Positions 38,641-47,119 of a stretch of DNA of 64,000 nt are shown here, piece by piece. Within the stretch, counting starts at the first letter, position 1. The number at the start of each line of letters is the position of its first letter. Origin of the DNA: Candidatus Bathyarchaeota archaeon (lineage in GTDB: Archaea > Thermoproteota > Bathyarchaeia > TCS64); the NCBI GenBank assembly GCA_043826455.1, contig JBDRQD010000048.1, positions 64,001 through 128,000 of the forward strand, read 5' to 3'. Both the position numbers and the translations under genes were made by a program. Under the pieces are notes generated by a model, which saw nothing but the letters and a program-made list of their open reading frames with translations, made no database searches and was not told where the DNA came from.

Positions 38641-39473
38641 ACCTGGCACACGGGGCACAGGTACACGGTGCCCCCTCCGTGCTTAAGCCCCTCTATCTCA
38701 GCACCGCATATGGGGCATGCAGATCCCTTCATATTTGGTCCCATCCTAGGAGAGTAGCCTCCGCGCCTGCCGTGGAGATCCACGAACTCGTCCTTGCCCC
38801 CGAGCCACAGCCTCTCCTCAACTAAGCCCTTCACGGCGTTGAACAGACCCTCGGCCTCCGAGGCGCTCAGGGACGAGGCCTTCCTCTTGGGGTGTAGCCC
38901 AGCCCTGTAGATGACGTCCTGGAAAGCGCTGTTGCTGAGGCCCACCAGAACAGCGTCCTTCCCCACCAGGACCTGCTTGAGTCCACGGTTTAGCCGAGAC
39001 AGCGTCTCAGAGAACCACTCCGATGCGAAGGCGTCTTCGAGGGGGGACACGCCGGTGAGGAAGTCCCTCCTATAACTGTAAGACTTTTCCAGATCCCTGT
39101 CCCTGACCGCGAGTATCAGCCCCATGCTTGTGAGCCTCACAGTGAGGACGCTGTCGTCGTCGAAACCCATACGCAGATGCGACTTCTCCAGCTCGTCACC
39201 GGCCTCACCGAGGAGCACCACGCCTCCGTACTCTGGAGCGATGAGCAGGTTCACCCCCTCATCCAAGTCAACCCTAACCGTGTTACCCCTGGAAGCAACG
39301 TCCTCAACAGCCCTTCCCACGAGCCACTGGAACTCCTCCACATTCCTGTTGACGAACCCTATCCTCTGGAGCTTCTCGCAGTCGCTGAGGGTGACCGATT
39401 TGACTACCCGGCCCCGCAGCACCGTCCTCATCTGCTCCGCCAGGATGTAGGCCTCGGGGAGCTCGACGCTCAT
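38637..39473 (-). CDS. Fpg/Nei-family DNA glycosylase-like protein
   Basis: ELPEA N-terminus, H2TH-like GLSN...AGLHP, C-terminal CPICG...CPVCQ zinc finger. Confidence 0.8.
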   Translation of the reverse strand: MSVELPEAYILAEQMRTVLRGRVVKSVTLSDCEKLQRIGFVNRNVEEFQWLVGRAVEDVASRGNTVRVDLDEGVNLLIAPEYGGVVLLGEAGDELEKSHLRMGFDDDSVLTVRLTSMGLILAVRDRDLEKSYSYRRDFLTGVSPLEDAFASEWFSETLSRLNRGLKQVLVGKDAVLVGLSNSAFQDVIYRAGLHPKRKASSLSASEAEGLFNAVKGLVEERLWLGGKDEFVDLHGRRGGYSPRMGPNMKGSACPICGAEIEGLKHGGGTVYLCPVCQV

Positions 39474-39637
39474 GGAAATGACTTTAGATGTGCCCTAGTT
39501 ATGGGTTTCTAGGCCGCGGCTGCGCCCTTTATAAGTCATCTGTCGCCTCGGAAAGGGTAATGTCTCAGCCCGGTCTAACATAACGTTTTAATAAGATGTG
39601 TCAACTAACCCCTAGTCACTGACAAGGAGATCTCATA

Positions 39638-40096
39638 ATGTCCAGAGAATTCAACTACATTGTCAGGCTCCACGGCACCAACATAGATGGTACTAAGATG
39701 GTGCCCTATGCCATCACTGAGGTTAAGGGTGTAGGCATAAGACTCGCTCGCAGCATTGTAAAGCAGTTGGAGCTTGACGCTACTGAGAGACTCGGCACCC
39801 TAAGCGACGCGGACGTCAGGCGCCTCGAAGAGGCCATAGACGACCCGTCCAGCGTGGGGCTGCCAACCTGGATGCTCAACAGGCGTAAGGACCCCATGAC
39901 GGGGAAGGACCTCCACCTGCTGGCATCCGACCTAGACCTCAGGGTCAAGGACGACGTAGACCTCATGAGGGAGACCAGGAGCTGGAAGGGCGAGCGCCAC
40001 GCCCGCGGCCTCAAGGTCCGTGGACAGCACACCAAGACCACGGGCAGGACCGGCCGAAGCGTGGGCGTAAGCAAGAAACAGCAGCAACAGAGGTAG
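39638..40096 (+). CDS. rps13: 30S ribosomal protein uS13
   Basis: KGVG, WMLNRRKD, RHARGLKVRGQHTKTTGR. Confidence 0.97.
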   Translation: MSREFNYIVRLHGTNIDGTKMVPYAITEVKGVGIRLARSIVKQLELDATERLGTLSDADVRRLEEAIDDPSSVGLPTWMLNRRKDPMTGKDLHLLASDLDLRVKDDVDLMRETRSWKGERHARGLKVRGQHTKTTGRTGRSVGVSKKQQQQR

Positions 40097-40103
40097 ATGA
40101 CCC

Positions 40104-40658
40104 ATGGGTGACCCAAAGAAGAAGCATAAGCGGTTTACTACCCCCAGGGTGCCCTACGACACCGAGGCCCTCACGGAGGAGCTGCGCATCATAGGTGCAT
40201 ACGGTCTCAGGAACAAGAGGGAGCTGTGGAAGGCGCACACCGAGCTGTCCACCCTCCGAGGCAGGGCGAGGGACCTCCTGAGCCTGGGGCTCGAGGAGAG
40301 AGAAATAAGGGAGGCCAACCTGATCGCCAAACTCTACAAGAGGGGGCTGGTGATGGAGAGCAGCCGCCTAGAGGACGTCCTGACGCTGAGTGTCGAGGAT
40401 CTGCTGGAACGGAGACTCCAGACTTACATATTAAGGAGAGGGTTGGCCCAAAGCCTGTTCCAGGCGAGGCAGCTCATCTCCCACGGCCACATAGAGATCA
40501 ATGGCAGGAAGGTGACCTCCCCCAGCTACCAGGTGCGGATCGAGGACGAGCAGACCCTGGACTACGCCAAGTCCAGCCCCATGAGGAGCACGGACCACCC
40601 CCTCAGGAGGGACTTGGAGGTGGAGGGGGCGATAGCGGAGGAGAAGTCCCATGAGTGA
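40104..40658 (+). CDS. rps4: 30S ribosomal protein uS4
   Basis: [33 protein letters not shown]. Confidence 0.97.
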   Translation: MGDPKKKHKRFTTPRVPYDTEALTEELRIIGAYGLRNKRELWKAHTELSTLRGRARDLLSLGLEEREIREANLIAKLYKRGLVMESSRLEDVLTLSVEDLLERRLQTYILRRGLAQSLFQARQLISHGHIEINGRKVTSPSYQVRIEDEQTLDYAKSSPMRSTDHPLRRDLEVEGAIAEEKSHE

Positions 40659-41043
40659 AGGAGAAAGGTGGGCCATAGTCCACATCTTTAGCAGCTTCAA
40701 CAACACCCTAATCCACATGACCGACCTCACCGGCGCCGAGACCCTCGGCATAGCCAGCGGCGGCATGTTCGTCAAGGCCGACAGGCTCAAGCCCAGCCCC
40801 TACGCCGCCATGAAGGCCGCGCAGCACATCGCCGACATAGCCAGGGACAAGGGCGTCAACGCCATCCACATCAAGGTGCGGGCCCCGGGAGGCACAGGGA
40901 GCAAGACCCCCGGCCCCGGAGCCCAGTCAGCTATCCGTATACTGGCCAGGAGCGGCTTCAGGATCGGCAGGATCGAGGAGACGACGCCTATCCCCCACGA
41001 CGGCACTAGGAAGCCGGGTGGCAGGAGAGGCAGAAGGCCATAG
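40651..41043 (+). CDS. rps11: 30S ribosomal protein uS11
   Basis: SSFNNT, SPYAAM, TPGPGAQ, TPIPHDG, GGRRGRR. Confidence 0.97.
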   Translation: MSEGERWAIVHIFSSFNNTLIHMTDLTGAETLGIASGGMFVKADRLKPSPYAAMKAAQHIADIARDKGVNAIHIKVRAPGGTGSKTPGPGAQSAIRILARSGFRIGRIEETTPIPHDGTRKPGGRRGRRP

Positions 41044-41061
41044 GAGACCGGTGGGGAAACC

Positions 41062-42003
41062 TTGAAGACAAAGATAGTTAGCCTGACCGAGGACACCATC
41101 AGGTTCCTGCTGGAGGGCGTGGACGTAGCCTTCGCCAACGCGCTGCGGAGGACCATGGTCTCAGAGGTCCCCATCATGACCATAGACGACATCTTCTACT
41201 TCGACAACTCCAGCCTGGTCCCAGACGAGTTGCTGGCTCACAGGATTGGGCTTGTGCCCCTCAAGACGAACCTGGACGTCTACGTGCTGCCGGAGGACTG
41301 CGACTGCAACGCTGAGCTGGGGTGCCCCAAGTGCAGGGCCGTCCTAACCATGGACGTGGAGGCCACCGACGACAACGTCACCGTCTACAGCGGAGACCTT
41401 GTCTCGGAGGACACCTCCGTGGCCCCAGCCTCACCCAGGATACCCCTGGCGAAGCTTGCGCCAGGCCAGGCCATCAAGTTCGAGGCCTACGCCCAGCTAG
41501 GGCAGGGCAAAATCCACGTCAAGTGGAGCCCCGTCAGCATGTGCGTGTACCAGAACGTGGCCCTGGTCCCGGGAAAGGACAAGGCCTCCATGCAGGCATG
41601 CGTGGACGCCTGCGGAGCCGCGGCAGCCGCCGTGGAGGGCGACAGCCTCAAGGTCATCGACATCCAGGGGTTCGAGAGCTGTAAAAATTGCAGTGACTTG
41701 GTGACCCACCAGGAGATCATGGACAACCTGAAGCCAGACGAGTTCCTGTTCACGGTGGAGAGCAACGGGGCCCTGCGGCCAGAGCGCATCGTCCAGGAGG
41801 CAGTCAAGGTGCTCAAGCGGAAGCTCAGCGGTCTATCCGAGAAGGTGGCCTCCGGGGAGCTCCACGACGAGATAAGAGACTTCGAGACTCCTGAGCTCGA
41901 TGAGGGTAAGCTCTACAGCGTGGGCTCAGGAGACTACGACGAGGAGGACGAGGAGGGCGGTGGAGGAGAGGATGAGGAATTCGCGGGAGATGTAGAGGAA
42001 TGA
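41062..42003 (+). CDS. rpoD: RNA polymerase subunit D (Rpo3)
   Basis: ANALRR, DELLAHRIGLVPL, HVKWSP; operon position. Confidence 0.95.
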   Translation: MKTKIVSLTEDTIRFLLEGVDVAFANALRRTMVSEVPIMTIDDIFYFDNSSLVPDELLAHRIGLVPLKTNLDVYVLPEDCDCNAELGCPKCRAVLTMDVEATDDNVTVYSGDLVSEDTSVAPASPRIPLAKLAPGQAIKFEAYAQLGQGKIHVKWSPVSMCVYQNVALVPGKDKASMQACVDACGAAAAAVEGDSLKVIDIQGFESCKNCSDLVTHQEIMDNLKPDEFLFTVESNGALRPERIVQEAVKVLKRKLSGLSEKVASGELHDEIRDFETPELDEGKLYSVGSGDYDEEDEEGGGGEDEEFAGDVEE

Positions 42004-42347
42004 TTAACAGACAACTGGTAGACACAATACAGGCACTGGAGAAGGCCTCAGAGGAGACGGGTAAAGCCATCTGGGGGGCCCTGGCAGAGGAGCTGGACAG
42101 GTCCAAGCGGAGAAGGGTCTCCGTGAACCTGAGTAGCATCGACAGGCACACCCAGGAAGGCGACGTGGTCGCCGTACCCGGCAAGGTGCTGGCCGCGGGC
42201 AGCCTCAGCAAGGCCGTCAAGGTGGCGGCCTTCAGCTTCAGCGTGGGCGCCTTGGCGAAGATCAGGGCGGCTGAGGGTGAGGCCATGAGCCTAACCGATC
42301 TCCTAGAGGCGGGCGTAGAGCCCAGCCAGATCAGGATCATGAAGTAG
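42000..42347 (+). CDS. rpl18e: 50S ribosomal protein eL18
   Basis: VNLSSI, VPGKVL, AFSFS; operon position. Confidence 0.93.
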   Translation: MINRQLVDTIQALEKASEETGKAIWGALAEELDRSKRRRVSVNLSSIDRHTQEGDVVAVPGKVLAAGSLSKAVKVAAFSFSVGALAKIRAAEGEAMSLTDLLEAGVEPSQIRIMK

Positions 42348-42376
42348 TTTCTTAATACTCTTCTAATACAGCGGGA

Positions 42377-42406
42377 CCGGGGATGAGGTTGCTCCGCCGG
42401 TTTTTT
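42377..42406 (+). terminator. Hairpin plus T-tract after rpl18e
   Basis: ACCGG...CCGGT followed by a T-run between convergent genes. Confidence 0.45.
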
Positions 42407-42430
42407 AAGTAATACCCTTGAATATTAGGG

Positions 42431-43516
42431 TCAGAGGTGGGCCTTCAGCTTCATGAAGGCGTCCACATAGTCCTGGGGCGTCACTCCGGGGCTCTCAGGC
42501 CCCTCTTCGTCGTAGAACCGGGTTATCCGCTCCATTAACTCGTCTTCCTTCAGCTGGGCGCCGACGAGGGCCGACTCCAGCTCGGCGACGGCCTCCTTGG
42601 GCACAACGAAGAGGTCTCCCGTGATCCTCAGGTCCAGTATCTGGGTTCCCTTCACCTCGGCTCTGAGCCTTATGAGCTTACCAGCCTTGTGGTCGGCCTC
42701 CACGACCTTGACCTCGTGGGCGATCTTGACGGCGCGTCCGGGTTTGCTTCGGGGCGCATCCATGTAGAGCCACTCTCTGCTTGTGTGCCTGGGCATGGTC
42801 TCTTCCCTGAATATTCTGCGCTCCTCATGGGTGGGTTTGCCGGGTACGAGCTTTACGCCCAGGAGCCTCTGGAACTCCTCGGCGTAGACCTCTTTAATCC
42901 TGTTAGGGGGCGGACTCTCCCCCAGCTCCCGTCTGAGGCTGCTGACCCACTGCTCCATGCTCTTGGCCATCTTGTCCCTGAACTTCTCGTCGGGGACCCT
43001 GAGCACCCGGGCCATCTGGGCGTAGTTGAGGTCAATGATGAAGTTTCCCACCAAGATGGTGGCCGTCTCGTGGAGCCCCGCGCCGTTTCCGCTGATCTTG
43101 CGACCTTCCACCACCACGTCATTGAGGGGCTTGAACTCGGCTGGGACGCCTAGGCGGCGGTACACGGCCACCGTGACGCTGAGGAGCTTTTCGAAGAGGG
43201 TGTCCACCGTCCTCGGCAGGGCTCGGCTGTCTCTGAACACTACTTGGTAGAAGACTTGGTCGCGGTCAAGGTAGGTGGCTCCGCCGCCCTGGCTGCGCCG
43301 TATGACGGGTAGGCCCGCCTTCTCCACGTATTCCTGGTCTATCTCTTTCTCCAGGTCTTGGTGGTACCCGATGCAGGCGTAGGGGGCCGCGGGCTGGACC
43401 AGCAGCAGGGTGTTGGGGCTGGTGCCCCTGTGTACTGCTTCGGCTACGGCCTCGTAGAAGGTCTGGGCTGTGTAGGGCTCTGCTTGGCCTAGGTCTATTA
43501 GGCGCCACTGCTCCAC
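42431..43516 (-). CDS. Lipoate-protein ligase (catalytic plus C-terminal accessory domain)
   Basis: CIGYHQ, RRSQGGGATYLD, NDV, RKISGNG. Confidence 0.9.
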   Translation of the reverse strand: MEQWRLIDLGQAEPYTAQTFYEAVAEAVHRGTSPNTLLLVQPAAPYACIGYHQDLEKEIDQEYVEKAGLPVIRRSQGGGATYLDRDQVFYQVVFRDSRALPRTVDTLFEKLLSVTVAVYRRLGVPAEFKPLNDVVVEGRKISGNGAGLHETATILVGNFIIDLNYAQMARVLRVPDEKFRDKMAKSMEQWVSSLRRELGESPPPNRIKEVYAEEFQRLLGVKLVPGKPTHEERRIFREETMPRHTSREWLYMDAPRSKPGRAVKIAHEVKVVEADHKAGKLIRLRAEVKGTQILDLRITGDLFVVPKEAVAELESALVGAQLKEDELMERITRFYDEEGPESPGVTPQDYVDAFMKLKAHL

Positions 43517-43519
43517 GGG

Positions 43520-43951
43520 TTAGACTCCGGCCTTGGCTTTCTCCTCTTTGAGCCAGGCCTCTAGGGCGGCTTTGTCGGTGCCCTTGATGAGGTCTTTGAG
43601 CTCTGTGTTGAGGTCGCTGGGCTGGATGACTGCGACCCAGCCGTCGCTGTAGGGGGCGTTGTTTATGACGCTGGGTTTGCCGTCTAGGGCGGGGTTGATC
43701 TCTAGGACTGTGCCGCTGAGGGGTACCTTGAGGCTGCCCACCCATTTGCCTGACTCTATGCTGCCCAGGGTTTTGCCGGCTTTGACGTCTTTGCCGGCTG
43801 GTCTGGTTTTGATGCTGACGAGTTTGCCTGCGGCTTCGGCTGCCCAGGAGTTGTAGCCTACTCGGGCTTTTCCGTCTTCGAGGCGGACCCACATGTGGTC
43901 TCTGTGGTAGTAGAGGTCTTCTGGGAACTCGTGGCCTTCTATCTTGGTCAT
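43520..43951 (-). CDS. GcvH-like lipoyl carrier protein
   Basis: DLYYHRDHMWV, IESGKWVG (lipoyl Lys), PYSDGW. Confidence 0.9.
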   Translation of the reverse strand: MTKIEGHEFPEDLYYHRDHMWVRLEDGKARVGYNSWAAEAAGKLVSIKTRPAGKDVKAGKTLGSIESGKWVGSLKVPLSGTVLEINPALDGKPSVINNAPYSDGWVAVIQPSDLNTELKDLIKGTDKAALEAWLKEEKAKAGV

Positions 43952-44017
43952 GTTTGTCGTATGTTTGTGTTGTTTGTCTGTATTTAATTGGTTCGCCTGT
44001 GTTTCTGTGAAACGTTT

Positions 44018-45583
44018 TTAATTAGGTTTGTTGTATGGTTTTAGGCGTTGGGTCTGTAGCTCAGTCAGGTAGAGCGATGGCCTCTTAAGCCATTGGCCAA
44101 GGGTTCGATTCCCTTCAGACCCGCCACATATTCTCTTGTGTGCGCGTGGGGGGGGGGGAGGGGGGGTCCCATCACCGCCACCGCTTTTCCCTGTTTTCGG
44201 GTTTGTTTTCGTGTTCTGAGGCTTTTCTGGGGTTGTTTTGGTGGTGGTGGAGGGTGGCGGTGTCCGCTGTGTTCTTTGCTCGTCCAGGTCACTTGGAGTG
44301 TCGTGGGCCCCGTGTTTCTCTACATGTGTCGTTCCTGGGGTGTAGACGCCGCCGTTTATTGTGTGGTGGCTTGGCTTGAGGCGTCTTAGGGTGGTGTACG
44401 CCGTTATGGCTCCGAGTAATATAGTGGCTGCGGGGTGGCCTGGGATGGCTGTCTGCTGGTCTTCCGGTGTCGGGTTTTGCTGGGCTTCTGCGACGGTTAT
44501 GGTGTCCTGGAGGGCTCTTGTACCTCGGTGCCAGACGGTGATCTTGTAGGCGCCGGGGGTCTCGGGGTAGAACTCGTACCAGTTGGCGGCGTCTGCGTCT
44601 GGGGAGGTCTCCGACATCATGTATATGCTTAGGGGGTTCGTGGGTTCTCCCTGGGACTGGGTTTGCCTGATCTTCATCCAGTAGAGGCACTGGGTTTGCT
44701 CCTTCAGGGTCGTGGATACTGTCAGTGTTACTTTGATCTGTTGGCCGGCTGTGGGGTTGCTGGGCTCCACGGTTAGGCCGCTGAACCTGTAGGCTTCGCT
44801 CATGTACCCCGCCTCGTGGATGGTGAAGTTGGCGGCTTGTTCTCCGTTCATGGAGGCGGTGTATGTGCCGGGGAGGGTGAAGTTGAGTCTCAGCTCTCGG
44901 CCCGTGTATCCTCCTGGGGCGACGCCTATCCAGAAGGTGGTGGTGTTCACGTAGCCGGTGCATGGGCCGTGGATGCCTGTGAAGGTGATGGAGACGTTTC
45001 CTGAGGCCCACTGGCCTCCGGGGTTGATGAAGCCCGCGGTGCCGTATATGTCCTCGTATACGGTTCTGTTGGCGGGGATTATGAGTTCGGCCAGCTCTAT
45101 GCTGCCCTCGGGCATAGGGGTGATCCCTTCCTGGGTTACATTGAGGTTTAGGCCGCCTAGGGAGTTGGCCGTATCCCCGGTGACGATGAAGACGCCCTGG
45201 ACGGAGCCGTACACCGTGTATAGTGGCTGATCCAGGTGCGTCTGGTCCGTTGACGCGAGGAAGACGAGCGTCCTCTCGCCTATGGTGAACTCGGGTTGGT
45301 TCTCGACCCAGACCCCTTGAATGCCTATCATGCCGCCCTCCACCCTGACATAGAGGGTGGTGGCGCTCACGGGGTTCTTGTAGTATCTTTCAACGCTGAT
45401 AGTCACCACGCGGTAGATCATGCCCCTGTCTCCCCAGTGTGTGGTGATCCCTGTTACTCTGCCGAGGGCGACGGTGTCAGCTTCGTTCCACAGCTGCTCG
45501 TACGGTATCTCGACCATTGATCCCCAACATACTGGTGCTAGTAGACCGAGTAGAACCAGGGTCAGGGCCACGGCTTTTTTCAA
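44018..45583 (-). CDS. Secreted Ig/CARDB-like surface protein with an IPGxP-TM-basic sorting signal; the ORF reads through past the signal
   Basis: Signal peptide LKKAVALTLVLLGLL (TTG 45583 overlapping the upstream stop), beta-rich domains, IPGHPAATILLGAITAYTTLRRLK ending near 44378. Confidence 0.65.
   Translation of the reverse strand: MKKAVALTLVLLGLLAPVCWGSMVEIPYEQLWNEADTVALGRVTGITTHWGDRGMIYRVVTISVERYYKNPVSATTLYVRVEGGMIGIQGVWVENQPEFTIGERTLVFLASTDQTHLDQPLYTVYGSVQGVFIVTGDTANSLGGLNLNVTQEGITPMPEGSIELAELIIPANRTVYEDIYGTAGFINPGGQWASGNVSITFTGIHGPCTGYVNTTTFWIGVAPGGYTGRELRLNFTLPGTYTASMNGEQAANFTIHEAGYMSEAYRFSGLTVEPSNPTAGQQIKVTLTVSTTLKEQTQCLYWMKIRQTQSQGEPTNPLSIYMMSETSPDADAANWYEFYPETPGAYKITVWHRGTRALQDTITVAEAQQNPTPEDQQTAIPGHPAATILLGAITAYTTLRRLKPSHHTINGGVYTPGTTHVEKHGAHDTPSDLDEQRTQRTPPPSTTTKTTPEKPQNTKTNPKTGKSGGGDGTPPPPPPRAHKRICGGSEGNRTLGQWLKRPSLYLTELQTQRLKPYNKPN
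44050..44126 (+). tRNA. tRNA-Lys (CTT), CCA encoded
   Basis: GGGTCTG/CAGACCC acceptor, ATGGC-CTCTTAA-GCCAT anticodon arm, GGTTCGATTCC, ends GCCA. Confidence 0.95.
44136..44289 (+). repeat. tRNA-associated dispersed repeat, copy B (~154 bp)
   Basis: Matches 18271-18420; begins 9 nt after the tRNA-Lys CCA. Confidence 0.9.
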
Positions 45584-45930
45584 TTCAGGATAAAACTGGT
45601 GCAAAGGCATATAATACTAGGTTTTTGAACGCTTGTGGGGCTATGTGTTTTTAGGAACGTGTCTATGAAAGCCGTTATCTTGACTGAGAGGTGAGGGTTG
45701 AGGGAAATTGTGGCACCCTTCTTTGCACCCCAGACAAGTCCCTCCTTTTGTAGCTTGTCGAGGCATCGGTCCACTTTTCTCCCATCCTTGAGAACCTGTA
45801 TGCCGAGGTATCTTGTCATCCTCTGCTTGTTGTAGTATTTTGCTCCCCACCTGCCTCTGGTTAGGAGGAAGTTCAATATCATGGCCATTATTTCCTCGTC
45901 GGTCAGGTCACTAGGGGGCACAAACTTCAA
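45580..45930 (-). CDS. Small basic hypothetical protein (winged-helix-like)
   Basis: RGRWGAKY...LQKEGLV...ISLNP; low GC. Confidence 0.6.
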   Translation of the reverse strand: MKFVPPSDLTDEEIMAMILNFLLTRGRWGAKYYNKQRMTRYLGIQVLKDGRKVDRCLDKLQKEGLVWGAKKGATISLNPHLSVKITAFIDTFLKTHSPTSVQKPSIICLCTSFILN

Positions 45931-45991
45931 TTAATACGTTTTCAAAACGCATTATTTATATTTTCTTGTGGGGTAGGGTAAAATTGTGACA

Positions 45992-46378
45992 ATGGCTAAC
46001 ACAGTTAATGACACGATACTGGTCGAGGTGTTCGGGTCCTCGCCGGAGACCAGGATAATCAGCTTCTTCATGGACTTCCCCCTAAACGATTTCATGCAGA
46101 AGGAAGTATGTGAGGCCACGGGGCTCAACCCAAGGACGGTCAGTGCTAGGCTGTCAAAGCTGAAGGAGTTAGGAATCATTAAGGATACACGGAAGGTGGG
46201 TAAGGCCACGTTCTACAAGCTCAACAGAGGGAACCGCGTAGTAGGTAAGATCGACGACTTGATCAAGACCATTTCGATGGATATAGCTTTACAGGAACAA
46301 GTAATGGAAACAGAGGCCGCGGAGACAATCACAGTATCTGCCGTGGAAAAACCTCCTAACAAACTAGAAGCTAGATAG
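45992..46378 (+). CDS. Winged-helix transcriptional regulator
   Basis: FGSSPETRIISFF, EVCEATGLNPRTV, RKVGKATFYKLN. Confidence 0.8.
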   Translation: MANTVNDTILVEVFGSSPETRIISFFMDFPLNDFMQKEVCEATGLNPRTVSARLSKLKELGIIKDTRKVGKATFYKLNRGNRVVGKIDDLIKTISMDIALQEQVMETEAAETITVSAVEKPPNKLEAR

Positions 46379-46427
46379 CTATAATGTGTTAAAAAGAGTT
46401 AAAAAATAAATCTCCAGTAGATTGAAT

Positions 46428-47030
46428 TTAGACTCTCAGAGAGCCGCGGAACCCTCTAACGCCATAGAAAGAGGGCGCACTGTTATGATACACGAAGACG
46501 TGGCCGTACCGGCGATCAGCGAAGATGGCCCCGCCAAGCTTCCTAATATCGGAAGGCGTCTTCACCCAGCTCTGCGTCCTCGTATCGAATTCCCCGAGTT
46601 TCTGCAGCTCCCGATACTGTTCTTCCGTTAAAAGCTCGACGCCCATGGCAGCCGCCATATCAATAACGTTACCCGCTGGATGCACACCCTTCTTCTCCCG
46701 TTCCTCCTGAGCTTTACGGTCATAAACAACATTCCTGCGGCCCTCAGGGCTCTCCGCCGAGCAATCAATGAAAACGTATTCACCCGTCTTTTCATCACGG
46801 CCAACAACATCCGGTTCGCCGCCGGTTCTCTCCATCTCGCTGAGCGACCACAGTTTCTCAGGATTAGCTTCCAGCCTCGTCTGCACTTCAGCCCATTCAA
46901 GACCCTTATGGCGGTTCATGTTTTCCTCAAAACGGGCTCTCAATGCCCCCAGTAGTTCCTCACGTTGTTCAGGTGACAACCCTTTTTTTGATTCATTAGT
47001 TCGTGGCATGGGCACAATCATGGAACTCAT
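46428..47030 (-). CDS. DUF4256-family protein
   Basis: RFEENMNRH, MERTGGEPDV, DCSAESPEGRR, RKLGGA, GFRGSLRV. Confidence 0.8.
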   Translation of the reverse strand: MSSMIVPMPRTNESKKGLSPEQREELLGALRARFEENMNRHKGLEWAEVQTRLEANPEKLWSLSEMERTGGEPDVVGRDEKTGEYVFIDCSAESPEGRRNVVYDRKAQEEREKKGVHPAGNVIDMAAAMGVELLTEEQYRELQKLGEFDTRTQSWVKTPSDIRKLGGAIFADRRYGHVFVYHNSAPSFYGVRGFRGSLRV

Positions 47031-47119
47031 CCCAAGTTAATAAACCGTCTATGCACAGTGACGTAGTTATTCCACGTAACAAAAACATTGAAAAAAGGGG
47101 TTTGAGCCACTCACGTGGC

